A stretch of 64,000 bases of DNA, from positions 1 to 64,000 of the forward strand of contig CAVYAN010000013.1 of NCBI GenBank assembly GCA_963766075.1, written 5' to 3'. The notes under the pieces are model-generated. The model was given only the letters and a program-made list of their open reading frames with translations. It ran no database searches and was not told the DNA's origin. Positions 60,498 through 64,000 of the stretch are shown piece after piece. Made by a program: the position numbers and the translations under genes. This stretch comes from an uncultured cyanobacterium (GTDB taxonomy: Bacteria > Cyanobacteriota > Cyanobacteriia > Leptolyngbyales > Leptolyngbyaceae). Each line of letters opens with the position of its first letter. Within the stretch, counting starts at the first letter, position 1.

Positions 60498-61273
60498 ATG
60501 GGGCATGGCATTGATTTAAAAGTTCTGGGCTTGAATAAGTCCTTTGGGACAAAGCCAGTTTTACAGGATTTGAACCTGGAGATTCGTCCGGGGGAATTTG
60601 TGGTGATCGTTGGCCGGAGTGGCTGTGGTAAAAGTACACTTCTACGCCTAGTGTCTGGATTGGAACGGCCCACCCAGGGTGGTATTTGGGTAAATGGAGA
60701 GCCCGTGCGGCAGCTGAATCCTGCCGTGCGGATGATGTTTCAGGATGCGCGACTTTTGCTCTGGAAGCGGGTCCTACAGAACGTTGGCTTGGGGTTGCGA
60801 GGGTAACTGGGTTCCCCGAGCCCACCTCGCTTTGGCACAGGTAGGCTTGGCAGACCGAGCGAATGATTGGATTGCAGTATTGTCGGGGGGACAGCGGCAA
60901 CGGGTGGCCCTAGCTCGGGCTTTAGTCAGTCAACCCAGTCTGTTGCTGCTAGATGAACCCCTGGGTGCTCTGGATGCCCTGACCCGGATTGAGATGCAAC
61001 GGTTGATTGAAAGTATATGGCAGGATCAGCACTTCACGACGCTGTTGATTACCCATGATGTGGAAGAAGCCGTGACCTTGGGCGATCGCGTGGTGCTTCT
61101 CGAAGCAGGACAGGTTGCCCTCGATCTGGCAGGTGCCCTTAGCTCGTCCGCGCCATCGGGGAGATCCCGCCTTTGCCGCCCTTGTGGAACAAATCTTGCA
61201 GCGAATTCTCCAAAGTGACGATGCGCTCTCACGCCCGCCAGTACCAGAGGGACTGTTTGTCTATTCAAATTAA
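60498..61273 (+). pseudogene. ssuB: Aliphatic sulfonate ABC ATPase with two +1 G insertions (60801-60803 and 61128-61129)
   Basis: [27 protein letters not shown] and [15 protein letters not shown]. Removing 2 nt gives about 257 aa ending ...[12 protein letters not shown]...YSN*. Confidence 0.85.
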
Positions 61274-61585
61274 TAAGCGATTTTCTTGCCCTTCAAGTCT
61301 GCCATGGTTTTTATCGGTGAGTCAGGCTTCACCAAAACAGCGGAACTTTGATCTTTGGGCGCACTACCGCCCACGTAGACCGAAGGCACACCGGTAGCCC
61401 GGGCGATCACCGGAGGCGCGTCACCCGCGCGGGTGACGTCAATCCCAGCCTGACAGCACCAAGCTGAAACTGAGGGCGATCGCAAATAAAAAAGAAAAGG
61501 TTCGTGGTGTTGCTTGGCACCAGAACCTTGATGTTCGTTTGAGGAGAGTCAACAAGACAGCTTGAAGCGGAAAGGCAGAATAACG
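61270..61585 (-). pseudogene. Remnant of a second ssuA-like binding protein
   Basis: Signal-like SFLFAIALSFSLVLSG is joined out of frame to GIDVTRAGDAPPVIARATGVP...PDSPIKTMADLKGKKIAY, which is homologous to the intact SsuA in this window. Confidence 0.7.
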
Positions 61586-61636
61586 TAACTAATCATCCTT
61601 TTAAAGTTTAAGGATGTGGTGAATACAGAGCAAGAA

Positions 61637-61668
61637 ATCCACAGTCTCTTTATTGATTTACCGTATTT
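61637..61668. promoter_or_regulatory. Putative sulfur-regulon box 6, upstream of the ssuA remnant
   Basis: Reverse complement AAATACGGTAAATCAATAAAGAGACTGTGGAT. Confidence 0.68.
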
Positions 61669-61894
61669 AAGCTTGGAGAGGAGCGTTCCACGGATCGCTG
61701 AGTGTGTAAAGTACATTCGCTACAAAATTCTGGATTGGTAAGACGCGCCCATCTGAATCCAGTGATTTAGGCGTGCTGGATTCAGATGAACTCGGAGACG
61801 GATGCACTGCAACCGGGTGTATTTACGCAGGGGGAAAAATGTAGTAATTGTTCTTGTTTTTTCAAAGGACGCATGTGATGATAGTCATCAAGCT

Positions 61895-61926
61895 AAATAC
61901 GGTAATTCTATAGAGAAGCCGTAGAT
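61895..61926. promoter_or_regulatory. Putative sulfur-regulon box 7, upstream of the porin
   Basis: AAATACGGTAATTCTATAGAGAAGCCGTAGAT (TAC-N20-GTA). Confidence 0.72.
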
Positions 61927-62011
61927 TACTGTCAAGCTCTCGTAAAGGGTCACGGTAGTCCAGCTTTTGCTGTCCAAATAATCTTTTACTTGGTGTGAGG
62001 AATTAAACAAT

Positions 62012-63934
62012 ATGGCAACAATCGCCCGCCATCTAGCCTGGGTATTCCCAGCACTCTTAGGCATCAGTACCGTAGTGGTGCCCTCTGTCCGTGCTTCAGA
62101 GCCTCCTGCGCAGCCTGCGCAAGCAGATCCTGCCAACCCCAGATCGCGTGAATCCGAAGTGTTGAATCAACTGGTGCCTTACATTAAGGGCAATGATCCT
62201 TTAATGAACCAGACTTCATCGGTTTCACAACTATCGGATGTAAGACCGACAGATTGGGCTTTTCAGGCATTGCAATCTCTAGTGGAACGCTATGGTTGCA
62301 TTGTGGGTTATCCCGACAAAACCTTCCGGGGCAACCGCGCCTTAACCCGCTACGAGTTTGCCGCGGGCTTAAATGCCTGCATTGATCGCGTCAATGAACT
62401 GATTGCCTCCGCGACTACCGATCTGGCCAAGAAGGAAGATGTCGAAACCGTGCAACGTCTGCAAGAAGAGTTTGCGGCTGAATTAGCAGGCATTCGCGGT
62501 CGGTTAGATACGCTCGAAACTCGTGCTGCGACCCTGGAAAAACAACAGTTCACCACAACTACCAAATTGCAGGGAGAAGTCATCCTTGGCTTGGGCGGTG
62601 TGATCGGGAATGAACAGGCGTTGAACTCCGACGCATGGCGCACGATCAACACCACATCCGCTCTACTGCGGGGTGATACAAGGGATGCTCTGCTCACAAA
62701 CCGGAGTTTCGTTTTCCCCGACGGGAGGATTGGTGGCACAACGACTGCCCGTGTTGGCACGGCTGGCACGGGTGCGAATGCGGGCGCAACGGCACAGCCA
62801 ACACGCAATCGAGATGTGCGTGAAAATACGATTTTTGCCGATCGCATTCGCCTCAACTTTGTCACCAGTTTTACGGGTAAAGACCGACTGCTGACCCGTC
62901 TAGAAGCCAACAATACAGTCGCGTTTAGCGGCAACATCACAGGCACCAACCAGACTCGTCTAGGATGGGATGGCGATACTGCTAATGCTGTGCAATTGGG
63001 CAAGGCATACTATTCCTTTCCTGTTGGGGATAAACTAAACGTTACTGTTGACGCGATCGGTGGAGAATTTTTCAGTAACTTCAATACCTTCAGCCCTTAC
63101 TTTGAGAACCCAGGCTCAGGCTCGGTTTCTCGCTTCAGTCGCTTTTCGCCCATTTACCGGGCAAGCAATACAGGTTCTGGCAGCAATACGGGAGCAGGCG
63201 TTAGCGCCAATCTCAAATTGGGCAAGGCGTTTACCCTATCCGCTGGCTACCTCGCGCGTAGAGCCTCTGACCCCAATGATAAGCGGGGTCTGTTTAATGG
63301 CACCAATGCAGTGCTCGCGCAATTGGCGTTTCAGCCCAATAAAGACCTGAGCATTGGCTTGACCTATGCCAATGCTTACTACAGTGGTGCGGAAAATGAT
63401 GTGGCGGTTTCCGGTGCTTATGGTACTGCCTTTGCCAATTCACCCTTTGGGGCTGGCGTAGGTAACACGGGCTCAACCCCTCGCGGTGTTCCCACCACGG
63501 CAAACAACTTTGGGATTCAGGCAAGCTACCGGATCACTCCTGGCTTTGCAATCTCGGGTTGGGGCTTGTATACCAAGGCGATCGCAGAAGAAACAGTGGG
63601 AGCTAACGTTAACAGAGGCGACCAAGCCGATATTCGGAGTTGGTCAATCGGTTTGGCGTTCCCCGATCTCTTCCAAAAGGGTAACCTGGCTGGCATCGTT
63701 TTTGGGCAAGCCCCGAGGGTAACCGGTAGTAGCTTTGGTCCAGCCGTAGCGACAGCAGCAACGCCTCGCCGCCGCGATGACACCGCCTCTTACCAATTGG
63801 AAGCGTTTTACCGCTTTCGCGTCAGCGAAAATATTTCCATCACACCGGGGTTATTTGCGGTCTTTAATCCAGAAGGCAATAGCAACAATGACAACATCCT
63901 CGTCGGCGTGATTCGGACAACCTTCCGCTTTTAG
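62012..63934 (+). CDS. SLH-domain OprB-type cyanobacterial outer-membrane porin
   Basis: SVSQLSDVRPTDWAFQALQSLVERYGCIVGYPD..RYEFAAGL (SLH), coiled coil, TTKLQGEVI and C-terminal RTTFRF. Confidence 0.93.
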   Translation: MATIARHLAWVFPALLGISTVVVPSVRASEPPAQPAQADPANPRSRESEVLNQLVPYIKGNDPLMNQTSSVSQLSDVRPTDWAFQALQSLVERYGCIVGYPDKTFRGNRALTRYEFAAGLNACIDRVNELIASATTDLAKKEDVETVQRLQEEFAAELAGIRGRLDTLETRAATLEKQQFTTTTKLQGEVILGLGGVIGNEQALNSDAWRTINTTSALLRGDTRDALLTNRSFVFPDGRIGGTTTARVGTAGTGANAGATAQPTRNRDVRENTIFADRIRLNFVTSFTGKDRLLTRLEANNTVAFSGNITGTNQTRLGWDGDTANAVQLGKAYYSFPVGDKLNVTVDAIGGEFFSNFNTFSPYFENPGSGSVSRFSRFSPIYRASNTGSGSNTGAGVSANLKLGKAFTLSAGYLARRASDPNDKRGLFNGTNAVLAQLAFQPNKDLSIGLTYANAYYSGAENDVAVSGAYGTAFANSPFGAGVGNTGSTPRGVPTTANNFGIQASYRITPGFAISGWGLYTKAIAEETVGANVNRGDQADIRSWSIGLAFPDLFQKGNLAGIVFGQAPRVTGSSFGPAVATAATPRRRDDTASYQLEAFYRFRVSENISITPGLFAVFNPEGNSNNDNILVGVIRTTFRF

Positions 63935-64000
63935 TCGTCATGGTTAACGGCGTTGCCGAATTAAGATATGAATTTGCTCCCCAGTTTCCCAATGCTGGGG

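Larger units (their letters stand above)
3948..63059. repeat. HIP1 octamer GCGATCGC dispersed throughout (e.g. 3948-3955, 4687-4694)
   Basis: Very frequent in coding and intergenic DNA and not seen in the ISKra4 element. HIP1 is a known hallmark of many cyanobacterial genomes. Confidence 0.9.

Noticed and set aside
61497..61529. Hairpin plus U-tract as a minus-strand terminator or attenuator
   Set aside because: The same bases read as the N-terminal coding region of the ssuA remnant, so the hairpin may be incidental.
3615..63003. Long antisense or overlapping ORFs (e.g. 3615-4373, 15971-16675, 49799-50479, 62350-63003)
   Set aside because: They shadow well-supported genes and have no recognisable motifs.
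1..64000. CRISPR array, tRNA or rRNA genes
   Set aside because: I saw no regularly spaced repeat-spacer array, cloverleaf or rRNA-like sequence. The tandem repeats have no spacers.

Overview
This is a cyanobacterial chromosomal window, supported by dense HIP1 GCGATCGC octamers, ndhH and an SLH-domain porin. 1-3.2 kb holds an ISKra4-type IS with a slippery T7 frameshift and a decayed DUF6399-type transposase. 3.3-18.2 kb is mostly housekeeping: AGE epimerase, nitroreductase, pfkA, era, polysaccharide deacetylase, an SbcC/Rad50-like ATPase, a SagB-type oxidoreductase, rsmH and ndhH. 18.9-30.3 kb is an MdtABC-like double-RND efflux cassette with a divergent HisKA_3/NarL two-component system. 30.3-39.6 kb carries a TPR protein, mutL, an MFS transporter, an ACT protein, a xanthine-type NCS2 permease and small genes. 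40.2-64 kb is a ~24 kb sulfur-scavenging island: cysK, a TonB-like/ExbBD module, sbp-cysT-cysW, and an ssuD-ssuE-ssuA operon that runs on into an AprA/AsfA-like flavoprotein, AprB-like ferredoxin, HEAT-repeat protein, sulfotransferase, HNH pair and Mrp, followed by ssuCB and a porin. Two results stand out. First, seven copies of a 32-bp palindromic box (TAC-N20-GTA) lie upstream of the island's main transcription units. Second, the sulfotransferase next to the APS-reductase-like pair has Glu in place of the 3'-phosphate-binding Ser, which suggests an APS-based rather than PAPS-based module (hypothesis). Several island genes carry single-base frameshifts that could be real decay or sequencing error. 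All family assignments come from motif recognition by eye; no database searches were run.
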